Positions 28,542 to 38,720 of a stretch of 64,000 nt of DNA are shown here, in pieces. A program made the position numbers and the translations under genes. Source of the stretch: Burkholderiaceae bacterium (GTDB taxonomy: Bacteria; Pseudomonadota; Gammaproteobacteria; Burkholderiales; Burkholderiaceae_C); contig JBEIEP010000015.1 of assembly GCA_040382935.1 (NCBI GenBank), forward strand, positions 213-64,212, written 5' to 3'. Every line of letters starts with the position of its first letter. The stretch's first letter is position 1. The notes under the pieces are model-generated. The model was given only the letters and a program-made list of their open reading frames with translations, had not been told where the DNA came from and did not search any database.

Positions 28542-30944
28542 TCATGCAGGATAGGGGATTTTTATCAAGCACTCGGTATTGTTTCTAGTAGCTTCTCTTG
28601 TGAGAAAAACCTGTCCACCAAGCGTTTTTGTAATCATTCCGATGAGTAACATGCCGTAGCGAGCTCCCCTGTCATTTGAAATTATCGGAGCAACACACAT
28701 GCGATCAAGAATTCCTTGATCTCGAATTGCACCGTGCTTGGACGTTATGCGTACGATTGACCTATCACCAATCCCGAATATTGGTCGGTCATCAATAGTG
28801 ATCGAATGGGCATCAGATTGCTCGATACTTCCGTGTGACACTGTGTTCTGAATTAAATTTTTAACAATAAACTGAAAGCCAAACCAGTAGCTGTTTGGGA
28901 AACGCTCTTTGGATAATGATTTAACTTGAACAAGATTAATAATCTTTCTCCGATTTTCTTCGGAAAGAGCAGCATACGCCAAAGAAACCCACTCACTCAG
29001 CCAATCGCCAAAAGGTAAACCGTGACCGTGACCGTGATCCTGGTCTCTAAGCCGAAACAACTTCGATAAAAGCTGTTGCTGATTTGAGGAAAAAATGGAG
29101 TTCTCCACAGACAGGTGTTGATCCAACTCGTGAACGGCGGCATGAGTGCTGATCTGTTTGGCAAGGCTACGGATGTCGCTATAGCCAAGAGTGTGCGAGT
29201 AAGCTTCCTCAATGTTGTCTCTAACTGCCTTTAAATAGCTTTCCATTCCGTCAAAAGCACGGGGCATTGGGGCCTCTAAGTTTATTGTCCCGACAGGTAC
29301 TTTTCCAAACCTGAGCGGAAGACAAGCTTCAGACCGAGTGTTGTGCCTTGCATTAATCGTAGAATTTAGACCCTTCTTGCGTAGCTCAATTGGAATGTAG
29401 GATGCATTTGGACGAGTCGAGTCGATAAACGGAATATTTATGAAATCTAAGCCATCGATTGCATGGGCGAAAGCAAAAGCGTTTACGCTTGTACGAAATT
29501 GACTTGCACGAATCTCAAAATTTTCGCTTGAACTTGAATATTTACCCTCAGAGTCCCTAGCCTTTGCAACCAATCTAAGCTCTCGCGAGTCTTGCTCATA
29601 CAACCTAACCGTCATGCTGTGAGCCATGGTTGCAGCAATTGTTTGATGAGACATCCATTCTGAAAAGTCTACAAAATCAGATAGAAGTTGCGGGTAAGTA
29701 ACCTCGCTAAAGGTCTTTTGTTTTGATTTTAGAGCCTGGAGACGTTGACGTGCAAATACCAATGATTCGAGGCGTTTAGAAATAGTTTTTTGCCTAACAA
29801 ACTCATCCAGTATGACCTCGACAGAATATATGTCGTTTCTTTGAAATGGTTGATCGGAAAGAACGATAACGAGAAATCTCGGTCGTGTCGGCTTTGCGGC
29901 TGCAAACAATTCTGGAGTGGTTAGCGGAAATACCATGCCTTGTTGGCTACTTTGCTTGGCACTAGGTTCGAAATACTGTGGTTTTGCAAAATGCACTGCA
30001 TCAACAAGTGCCGCCCAGGTTGGCGTAGTCTTCCCACGTAGCGTGACCGGACGTCCGCGATGATTCAACGAACCATGCAATTCGCTTGGGATAACGATTG
30101 AAGTTTCACCAAATTTCGCTTCCTCAAACCCTTTATTACTATCAAATGCATGCGTTTGATCTGCCTGTTTTTGAAAAGCCAACCAGCTAGCAACTTTGGC
30201 AATAGAATCGTCATTGCGACTTGTTGACATGAGGATAATATGATCTGGTTGGACATGCACCACCACGCTTTCAAGTCTAGTATGCGACTCAATTTGATCT
30301 GCGACAGCTACAAGCCAATCTTGACTCTTATCCGTTAGCTCGATTCGGACTTTATCTCTCAGTTCAGAATGGTCATCACGATCAATGCTCAGTTTAATGA
30401 CTGAGTTTTCGTAAAAAAGATCGACCATCAGTCCAAGTTGTTGCAGTGTTTGTCTAACAAAATTCACGTCGCCGAAAATTTTGTAGTGCTCCGATTCCAG
30501 TATTTTTTTTGTAGCCCAATCATGTCCTAGAATACGTATAGCCTCCGCTTCGAGTGCGCTACCTGAGTCAAATGTTAAAGCGGGTGAACCTAGTCTGATC
30601 GAAAAACTGAGAGCGGTACTTTTCCTATTTCTAGATTTCGTATGCTGCATAAAAAGTAACGATCCAGATAGTATTTCGTTAAATACAACCGAGAATTCGT
30701 CGATGTCAGCAAGCGTTAAGAGCACGCCGCGAGAGATTTTTCTCAGCAGTGCAGAGTTAATTTTCCGAAACAAACTCGACAGTCGCTTTTGATTACCAGG
30801 GTACGCTTGCCTGTTCCGATTCCGTAAGTTTTCTTCAGGTGTTGCTATACCTAGGTTGGCCGGAGTGGAAGACCTTGCCTCATACGAGTTTGTAGTCGTT
30901 AGAGGCATCGAGCCAGTATCAGGGGAGGTTTTGATCATTCCCAT
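28542..30944 (-). CDS. Cytoplasmic sensor: unknown N-terminal region, GAF-like domain, HisKA_3-like helix and GHKL ATPase
   Basis: I saw no TM segment. The GAF-like stretch ends CLPLRFGKVPVGTINLEAP. The H-box candidate is HAAVHELDQHL, the N-box VKNLIQNTVSHG and the G-box DRGARYGMLLIGMITKTLGGQV. The start lies 5 nt after the upstream stop. Confidence 0.7.
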   Translation of the reverse strand: MGMIKTSPDTGSMPLTTTNSYEARSSTPANLGIATPEENLRNRNRQAYPGNQKRLSSLFRKINSALLRKISRGVLLTLADIDEFSVVFNEILSGSLLFMQHTKSRNRKSTALSFSIRLGSPALTFDSGSALEAEAIRILGHDWATKKILESEHYKIFGDVNFVRQTLQQLGLMVDLFYENSVIKLSIDRDDHSELRDKVRIELTDKSQDWLVAVADQIESHTRLESVVVHVQPDHIILMSTSRNDDSIAKVASWLAFQKQADQTHAFDSNKGFEEAKFGETSIVIPSELHGSLNHRGRPVTLRGKTTPTWAALVDAVHFAKPQYFEPSAKQSSQQGMVFPLTTPELFAAAKPTRPRFLVIVLSDQPFQRNDIYSVEVILDEFVRQKTISKRLESLVFARQRLQALKSKQKTFSEVTYPQLLSDFVDFSEWMSHQTIAATMAHSMTVRLYEQDSRELRLVAKARDSEGKYSSSSENFEIRASQFRTSVNAFAFAHAIDGLDFINIPFIDSTRPNASYIPIELRKKGLNSTINARHNTRSEACLPLRFGKVPVGTINLEAPMPRAFDGMESYLKAVRDNIEEAYSHTLGYSDIRSLAKQISTHAAVHELDQHLSVENSIFSSNQQQLLSKLFRLRDQDHGHGHGLPFGDWLSEWVSLAYAALSEENRRKIINLVQVKSLSKERFPNSYWFGFQFIVKNLIQNTVSHGSIEQSDAHSITIDDRPIFGIGDRSIVRITSKHGAIRDQGILDRMCVAPIISNDRGARYGMLLIGMITKTLGGQVFLTREATRNNTECLIKIPYPA

Positions 30945-30949
30945 ACTAT

Positions 30950-31276
30950 TTATAGTGCTACTCTAAGTTCGTGCGACAACTCAGGGTGTTTAATGATGAG
31001 CTTCAGTAAACAGACCACTCCACCGGGCGGAACAAATCTCCCCTGCTCCCAATCGCGCAACGTCGCTACCGGGGTAGCTATCCGTTCCGCGAATGCGGCT
31101 TGCGTCAGACCCGCTTTCTCACGCGCCTGTCGCACCAAAATTTGCTCGGGTATGGTGACTCGGCCAAGCCCGGTTTGCGCTTCAGCGAGTGCTTGCCGCA
31201 GATCAGGCAACGTCTCCCCAACGTCAGCTTCAAACGCCGCGGCCACCTTTTCAATGTCGATCTTTTTGATGCCCAT
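30950..31276 (-). CDS. HTH protein of the COG2944/HigA-2 antitoxin family
   Basis: Contains ILVRQAREKAGLTQAAFAERIATPVATLRDWEQGRFVPPGGVVCLLKLIIKHPEL. I chose the ATG at 31276 (MGIKKID). The longer 173-aa ORF is a read-through of the decayed toxin. Confidence 0.75.
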   Translation of the reverse strand: MGIKKIDIEKVAAAFEADVGETLPDLRQALAEAQTGLGRVTIPEQILVRQAREKAGLTQAAFAERIATPVATLRDWEQGRFVPPGGVVCLLKLIIKHPELSHELRVAL

Positions 31277-31277
31277 G

Positions 31278-31575
31278 TCACACCACCTTTTCGATTCCGG
31301 CTGGAAGCGTGTTGGCACTGTCGGCCTTGGCGAAGGCCGACACCAGCAACACCACTCCTGCTCGATCAAGTTGAAGTAGATCACCCGCGTACCACCTGAT
31401 TTGCCCGACCCGCCGCGGCCCCATCGAACATTGCCCGCTCCGTCCGCGCCGGGGACAACATCCCCAGCCAACGGGTTAGCAGCTTTTCAATCGATGAACC
31501 CAGCCGCTCGGTTTCAGTCCATAGCTTCTCTACTTGCCTCTGGATGGTGAACGTCTCAGTTTCTGTACGAATGCT
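31278..31575 (-). pseudogene. Decayed RelE/HigB-2-like toxin gene (two frameshifts plus an in-frame TGA)
   Basis: Homology is spread over three frames: IRTETETFTIQRQVEKLWTETERLG, then FID*KAANPLAGDVVPGADGAGNVRWGRGGSGKSGGTRVIYFNLIEQE, then GVVLLVSAFAKADSANTLPAGIEKVV*. No start codon sits at the expected N-terminus. Confidence 0.6.
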
Positions 31576-31751
31576 CTGATTGTACGGGATTTCCGTACTT
31601 ACGCAACATCCAACTGATGGCATAGCCCGTCCCATGTTTATGCCACTAGTCACACGAGACAGGGCTAAAAAAGGGAACGTTCGTATCGTAAAGCGACGGT
31701 GCAGCTTGATTTATTTACATCCAGTGCGATTCAGGACGACCCACTCGTACA

Positions 31752-31924
31752 TCACTCCCACTCAATCGTAGCCGGCGGCTTACTACTCACGTCATAAGTC
31801 ACCCGGATAATGCCTTTCACCTCGTTAATGATGCGGCTGGACACTTTTTTGAGCAAGGCGTAGGGTAGTTCTGCCCAGTCTGCGGTCATAAAGTCGGTGG
31901 TTTGTACGGCTCTTAGGGCCACCA
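31752..31924 (-). repeat. 173-bp direct copy of the guaA 3' end (att-type duplication)
   Basis: It aligns base by base with 32799-32971, stop codon included, with 5 mismatches (31807, 31827, 31842, 31856, 31908). Confidence 0.9.
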
Positions 31925-31974
31925 TCCACGATGTGACCCGTCGTTATGATGCGCGCGCTATCCATCGTCTTCCT

Positions 31975-32394
31975 TCAAGCAAAGTAAAAAGCTACCCGGT
32001 CAGTTGTCCAAGTAGCCACACCAGTGCCAAAGAAATCCGTGTCTTCAGTCCAGACGGGACAACCTAATGTCATCGCGCACGCCAGTACAGGCCAATCGTC
32101 CGCGTCACGAACCGCGATGCGTTGCAAGGCCTGCTGTTGCATGCCTTCATAGAGTTCGGCATCAATGGATTGCACAACACCCTCAAGCCTATCCAGCACC
32201 AGCATTGCTGCACTGGAATCAACGTCGCGCTTTTTCAGCAACTCGGGCAGGTACTTTCGTGCGTCTGCATACGCAACATCAGGGGCAAAGAACTTGACCG
32301 TCCCAGCGTTGTCACAAATCAGTTCACGCACTCGCTTTCCCAATACCGCACGAATCAGAATGTTCGCATCAAGAACGATGGTCTTGCCACTCAT
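31975..32394 (-). CDS. vapC: PIN-domain toxin VapC
   Basis: Starts MSGKTIVLDANILIRAVLG and has WTEDTDF near the C-terminus. It overlaps the antitoxin gene by 4 nt. Confidence 0.85.
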   Translation of the reverse strand: MSGKTIVLDANILIRAVLGKRVRELICDNAGTVKFFAPDVAYADARKYLPELLKKRDVDSSAAMLVLDRLEGVVQSIDAELYEGMQQQALQRIAVRDADDWPVLACAMTLGCPVWTEDTDFFGTGVATWTTDRVAFYFA

Positions 32395-32678
32395 GCCGCT
32401 TTGACTTTCAGTTTTTTAGCGGGTGTGCTGGCTTTCCTGCGTGCTGCTTTGAAGTCTGCAACCACGGACTCAACATCCACCCCCTGTGCCTCAAGCAACT
32501 TGTCCAAGGTCTTGCTGGCTTTTTTCAAGGCTGCGATGTCTGCTTCAACTTCTCCCTGCGTGGGGATGAAGTAGCCAACTGTTTGGCCATGCCGAGTTAC
32601 AGCCACCGGCGTGTTGGAAGCGATGTACTCTGCTAGGTCGGAGCGAAATTCGCGTATGCCTACCTTTGTCGTTTCCAT
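32391..32678 (-). CDS. Phd/YefM-family antitoxin
   Basis: Starts METTKVGIREFRSDLAEYIASNTPVAVTRHGQTVGYFIP. The start was chosen at 32678. Confidence 0.8.
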   Translation of the reverse strand: METTKVGIREFRSDLAEYIASNTPVAVTRHGQTVGYFIPTQGEVEADIAALKKASKTLDKLLEAQGVDVESVVADFKAARRKASTPAKKLKVKAA

Positions 32679-32798
32679 GTGGATGCCCCTTTGGTTGTGA
32701 ATCTGTGTGTACACATTTTACGCGGTAATCCCCCCGACCATTCGTACCGCGATCGCCGCTCATTGCGCACGGCTCTAACGAACATCAGTCCTTGAACC

Positions 32799-34409
32799 TC
32801 ACTCCCACTCAATCGTAGCCGGCGGCTTACTACTCACGTCATAAGTCACCCGGTTAATGCCTTTCACCTCGTTGATGATGCGGCTGGATACTTTTTTGAG
32901 CAGGGCGTAGGGTAGTTCTGCCCAGTCTGCGGTCATAAAGTCGGTGGTTTGTACCGCTCTTAGGGCCACCACGTAGTCGTAGGTGCGGCCGTCGCCCATC
33001 ACGCCTACGCTTTTAACGGGTAGGAACACGGCAAAGGCTTGGCTGGTCAGGTCGTACCAGGATTTCCCAGTGGCGGGGTCTTGGTGGTTGCGTAGTTCTT
33101 GAATAAAGATGGCGTCGGCGCGGCGTAGCAGGTCGGCGTATTCTGGTTTGACTTCGCCCAGTATGCGTACGCCAAGGCCTGGGCCTGGGAAGGGGTGTCG
33201 GTACACCATGCTGGCGGGTAATCCCAGGGCAATGCCCAGTTCGCGCACTTCGTCTTTGAACAGGTCGCGCAGGGGTTCTAGCAATTGAAGGCCTAGCTGC
33301 TCAGGCAGGCCGCCCACGTTGTGGTGGCTTTTGATGGTGACGGCTTTTTTGTTTTTGGCCCCGCCGGACTCGATCACGTCAGGGTAGATGGTGCCTTGCG
33401 CCAGCCATGCCACATGGCGTGATTGTTGGTTTTTAAGGGCGGTGGCCTCTGCCTTAAACACCTCTACAAACTCGCGGCCAATGATTTTGCGTTTGGCCTC
33501 GGGGTCGGTTACGCCCGCCAGATGGCCTAAGAACTGCCCGGCCGCATCCACCCGAATTACCTTGGCGTGCAGTTGGCCCACAAACATGTCCATCACGGCA
33601 TCGCCTTCGTTGAGGCGTAGCAGGCCGTGGTCCACAAACACGCAAGTGAGTTGGTCGCCAATGGCGCGGTGAATCAAAGCCGCTGCCACCGATGAATCCA
33701 CCCCGCCGGACAGGCCTAAGATGACTTCTTCGTTGCCCACTTGGGCGCGTATTTTGGCCACCGCCTCGGCGATGTAGTCGCCCATAATCCAGTCGGCCTG
33801 GGTTTGGCAAATGTCTAAAACAAAGCGCCGCAGCAAGGCATTGCCCTGGCGGGTGTGGGTGACCTCGGGGTGAAACTGCACGGCGTAAAAATGCCGCGCT
33901 TCGTCGGCCATACCTGCAATGGGGCAGGCGTCGTTAGAGGCCATGAGCTTAAAGCCGGGGGGCAAGGCGGTGACTTTGTCGCCGTGGCTCATCCACACGT
34001 CCAACAGGCCGTGGCCCTCTGGGGTGGTTTCGTCGGCTATGCCGCTTAGCAAGGCGGTGTGGCCACGGGCGCGCACACGGGCTGCACCAAACTCACGGGT
34101 CGTGCCCGCCTCTACCGTGCCGCCCAGTTGCTGGGCCATGGTTTGCATGCCGTAGCAAATGCCCAACACCGGTACGCCCAATGTAAACACCGCCTCTGGG
34201 GCTTTGTCGGTTTCGGCCTCGTAGGCGCTGGCATGGCTGCCCGATAGCACCACGCCTTTGAGTTGGCCATCGGCGGCAAAGGCTTTGACCCATTCGTCGG
34301 ACACGTCGCAGGGGTGTACTTCGCAGTACACGTGGGCCTCGCGGATGCGGCGGGCGATGAGTTGGGTGACCTGAGAGCCAAAGTCAAGAATCAGAATTTT
34401 TTGGTGCAT
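32799..34409 (-). CDS. guaA: GMP synthase (glutamine-hydrolysing)
   Basis: Starts [24 protein letters not shown]. Also has [15 protein letters not shown] and the C-terminal KPPATIEWE. The 668-aa ORF extension overlaps guaB and is rejected. Confidence 0.95.
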   Translation of the reverse strand: MHQKILILDFGSQVTQLIARRIREAHVYCEVHPCDVSDEWVKAFAADGQLKGVVLSGSHASAYEAETDKAPEAVFTLGVPVLGICYGMQTMAQQLGGTVEAGTTREFGAARVRARGHTALLSGIADETTPEGHGLLDVWMSHGDKVTALPPGFKLMASNDACPIAGMADEARHFYAVQFHPEVTHTRQGNALLRRFVLDICQTQADWIMGDYIAEAVAKIRAQVGNEEVILGLSGGVDSSVAAALIHRAIGDQLTCVFVDHGLLRLNEGDAVMDMFVGQLHAKVIRVDAAGQFLGHLAGVTDPEAKRKIIGREFVEVFKAEATALKNQQSRHVAWLAQGTIYPDVIESGGAKNKKAVTIKSHHNVGGLPEQLGLQLLEPLRDLFKDEVRELGIALGLPASMVYRHPFPGPGLGVRILGEVKPEYADLLRRADAIFIQELRNHQDPATGKSWYDLTSQAFAVFLPVKSVGVMGDGRTYDYVVALRAVQTTDFMTADWAELPYALLKKVSSRIINEVKGINRVTYDVSSKPPATIEWE

Positions 34410-34419
34410 GGTAAAAGTT

Positions 34420-35970
<1,551 letters not shown>

Positions 35971-36022
35971 TTAGCCTATTTTTCATTGCCAATAAGCACA
36001 GGTATGGATTAAACTAACAAAA

Positions 36023-36526
36023 ATGATAGATTCAAAAAAATTACTGAAATTCGTGGGTGCCTTGGCCTTTGGTGTTTGCAGTCTGGGTGTATTTGTTCCG
36101 ATGAACGCGTGGGCGCAGTGGCAGTGGGTGGATGCGCAGGGGCAAAAGGTATTTAGCGACAGGGCACCAAGTGCTGATGTACCTGAAAAGAACATTTTGC
36201 AACGTCCAAAAACCGTACAGCCCCAGGATGCACCAAAGAATGCCGCTGCTGCTGCAACACCGGCTAACAGTGCCCCTCCCACGGCCAACGCTGTGGTCGA
36301 TAAAAATAAAGCGGCCATGCTGGACCTAAACACCCAGTTGGCAGAACAAAACAAAGCCAGCCGCGCCCGCAACTGCACCGAGGCTCGCCGTCAGTTGGGA
36401 ATTCTTAAGTCAGGCGTTCGTATCGCCAAAATCAATGACAAGGGTGACCGCGAATTTTTGGACGATGCCGCGATCGCGGCTGAGATAAAGCAATTCCAGC
36501 GCACAGCCGACTCGGAATGCCAGTAA
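36023..36526 (+). CDS. DUF4124 domain protein (secreted)
   Basis: A signal peptide is followed by WQWVDAQGQKVFSDRAP, typical of DUF4124. Confidence 0.7.
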   Translation: MIDSKKLLKFVGALAFGVCSLGVFVPMNAWAQWQWVDAQGQKVFSDRAPSADVPEKNILQRPKTVQPQDAPKNAAAAATPANSAPPTANAVVDKNKAAMLDLNTQLAEQNKASRARNCTEARRQLGILKSGVRIAKINDKGDREFLDDAAIAAEIKQFQRTADSECQ

Positions 36527-36541
36527 AGTGGTTTCTCTGCT

Positions 36542-36588
36542 AGCGGCACCGCTTGCTGGCCTGTTCTGGTTATGCCGCTGGCTTTTTT
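36542..36588 (+). terminator. Possible rho-independent terminator of the DUF4124 gene
   Basis: The agcggca/tgccgct stem can be extended to about 9 bp with one G-U pair. The loop is large (24 nt) and is followed by T6. It overlaps the rnfH 3' end. Confidence 0.3.
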
Positions 36589-36926
36589 ATACGAAACAAC
36601 CCCGCCCCCCGTTTACCTTGCTTATCAAAGCGGAGCTGCCGCGCAACTTTAGGGTCAACGGTTAAGGGCCGCAAAACTTCTACCCGGTCGGTGCTTTGAA
36701 GTTGTGTTTGCCCGCTGGACTTGATGTTCCAAATCGCCAGACTTAAGCCTTTTAAATCATCGGGGCCAAGCCCCAATGCCGGCGCTGCAATGGCCACTGC
36801 CTGCTGCGCTGTACAAGCTTTGGCAAGGTCTAAGGTTTGAGACTTTATGTTCCTAGGGCTGGGGCACCACACAACTTCTACCGTTATGGTGCCAGTTGCG
36901 ACGGACTCGTTGACGTGAATGGACAT
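36570..36926 (-). CDS. rnfH: RnfH-family ubiquitin-like protein
   Basis: Contains ITVEVVWCPSP...DRVEVLRPLTVDPK. It sits in the conserved position next to ratA and smpB. Confidence 0.75.
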   Translation of the reverse strand: MSIHVNESVATGTITVEVVWCPSPRNIKSQTLDLAKACTAQQAVAIAAPALGLGPDDLKGLSLAIWNIKSSGQTQLQSTDRVEVLRPLTVDPKVARQLRFDKQGKRGAGLFRIKKPAA

Positions 36927-36935
36927 GGGCAGTGC

Positions 36936-37376
36936 CTAGCCGTAGACGGCGTGTGCTCTTTTAAAAAAAGCGTCTACCAAGTTGGCGGCAATTTTGTCAA
37001 ACACGGGCCCAACCAGGCCGGCCAATACCGGGTTGTCAAAGCCGTAGCGCAAGGACAAGGAGGTCCGACAGGCGTGGTCTGAGGTGTCTCCTACCGGTGC
37101 AAAACGCCAGTATCCGTCCAAGTTAGAGAAGGGACCAGAGACCAATTGCAGGTGGATTTGCCGACCGGGAATATGTGTGTTTCGGGTAGAAAATCGCTGC
37201 TTGAGTTTGCTATAGGCCATGCCTATCTCTGCGGTCACGCCGTCGTCATGGTACGCACTGATCTGTGCGTGGTCGCACCACGGCAAAAATGCAGGGTATT
37301 GATCGATGGCGCAAACCAGATCGAACATTTGGTTGGCGCTAAATCCGACCAGGATGGACTTCTCAATTGTTTTCAT
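36936..37376 (-). CDS. ratA: SRPBCC protein RatA/YfjG (COQ10-like)
   Basis: Starts MKTIEKSILVGFSANQMFDLVCAIDQYPAFLPWC. The start was chosen at 37376. It is divergent from smpB. Confidence 0.8.
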   Translation of the reverse strand: MKTIEKSILVGFSANQMFDLVCAIDQYPAFLPWCDHAQISAYHDDGVTAEIGMAYSKLKQRFSTRNTHIPGRQIHLQLVSGPFSNLDGYWRFAPVGDTSDHACRTSLSLRYGFDNPVLAGLVGPVFDKIAANLVDAFFKRAHAVYG

Positions 37377-37431
37377 AGAATAGCCGGTTCGGGCATTGTA
37401 AATCCATCGTACGCCCTCACACCTGATTGTC

Positions 37432-37920
37432 ATGTCCACGTCTAAAAAATCGCCCGTCACCGATGGTGGCCGCATTGCCGAAAACAAAAAAGCCAGCTTC
37501 AACTATTTCTTTGAGGAGCGAATAGAGGCCGGCTTGGTGCTGGACGGATGGGAGGTCAAATCTCTGCGCGCCGGAAAAGTGCAATTGACCGATGGCTATG
37601 TATTGGCGCGCGGGGGCGAGTTGTTTTTGATCGGTTGCCAAATCAACCCGCTGCACAGCGCCTCCACCCATGTCACCCCTGATACGGTGCGTACCCGCAA
37701 GTTGTTGTTGCACAAGGAACAAATTGAAAAGCTCACCGCCAAGGTGGATCAAAAAGGTTATACCCTGGTACCGCTCAACCTTCACTGGAAAGGTGGGCGT
37801 ATCAAATGCGAAATAGCGCTGGCCAAGGGCAAGGCCGAACACGACAAACGTGACACGATCAAAGACCGCGAGGGCAAGCGCGAAGTTGAGCGCGCCATGA
37901 AAACCCGGCAACGGGTGTAA
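37432..37920 (+). CDS. smpB: SsrA-binding protein
   Basis: Contains [38 protein letters not shown]...[11 protein letters not shown]. Confidence 0.95.
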   Translation: MSTSKKSPVTDGGRIAENKKASFNYFFEERIEAGLVLDGWEVKSLRAGKVQLTDGYVLARGGELFLIGCQINPLHSASTHVTPDTVRTRKLLLHKEQIEKLTAKVDQKGYTLVPLNLHWKGGRIKCEIALAKGKAEHDKRDTIKDREGKREVERAMKTRQRV

Positions 37921-37927
37921 AAGGCCC

Positions 37928-38344
37928 TTAAACCGACGCTTCGTCCATGTCACCCCGGTAAATCAACTGGCCACGAATGCGTGCCTTGGGGTGAATATCA
38001 AGTAGACCGTCGTACTGAGCGTCACCGATCACCGTGGCAGAACCAGTGATCTCAAGTGTTTTACGTGCCAACAGTTGTCCAGACACACGCCCTTCAATGT
38101 AGATGTGATCGGCTTCGATCGACGTGCCTTCTACCACAGCGGTAGGGCCTATATGTACCGCTCCGCCAATGTCGATTCGAATCGCGCCTTTAACCCGGCC
38201 ATCAATCCGAATACCCAAGTCGCGAGAGGTAAAAAAGTCGCCTTCAAACACTGCACCCTCGCCAATTAGGCTAGTAATGGCAGCAAATCGCTCTGCAGAA
38301 ACCAGTCGGGCCTGTGAAGCACGCTGTGTGGGGTTCTCGCTCAT
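37928..38344 (-). CDS. Bactofilin (polymer-forming cytoskeletal protein)
   Basis: Beta-helical repeats IDGRVKGAIRIDIGGAVHIGPTAVVEGTSIEADHIYIEGRVSGQL. Confidence 0.8.
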   Translation of the reverse strand: MSENPTQRASQARLVSAERFAAITSLIGEGAVFEGDFFTSRDLGIRIDGRVKGAIRIDIGGAVHIGPTAVVEGTSIEADHIYIEGRVSGQLLARKTLEITGSATVIGDAQYDGLLDIHPKARIRGQLIYRGDMDEASV

Positions 38345-38365
38345 TTGGGCTCCTTTAACGGTGGG

Positions 38366-38710
38366 TTACTTTAAATTTTCGATTCGGGATTGATCGGGCC
38401 TTTTGGCTGCATCAACCTGGGGTTGTAGCGCACCTTCTGACAGGTGCACGGCCTGATTTGGATCGGGGTGGGTAGGACCTTGGAGCCAACTGCCCAGAGG
38501 AAGGCCCAGCCCGTGAAGCGCCAGTGCGACACAAAAAAAAAGCCCCATACTGGGTAGCACCTTTCCCCACAGCACATCCCACACGATGCGCCCCATTTTG
38601 CGACGCACGGCAACATTTTTGCCACGCCTTTCCGCTTGCGCTAGCGCTTTTTTGCGTAACTGCTCTAAGGGGATTAGCGGTTGAGGATCAGAACCGGACG
38701 ATACAGGCAT
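38366..38710 (-). CDS. Small membrane protein, function unknown
   Basis: One hydrophobic span (LPSMGLFFCVALALHGLGL). The start is uncertain: 38710, or 38764 which overlaps the upstream gene. Confidence 0.4.
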   Translation of the reverse strand: MPVSSGSDPQPLIPLEQLRKKALAQAERRGKNVAVRRKMGRIVWDVLWGKVLPSMGLFFCVALALHGLGLPLGSWLQGPTHPDPNQAVHLSEGALQPQVDAAKRPDQSRIENLK

Positions 38711-38720
38711 ACGCAATGAA

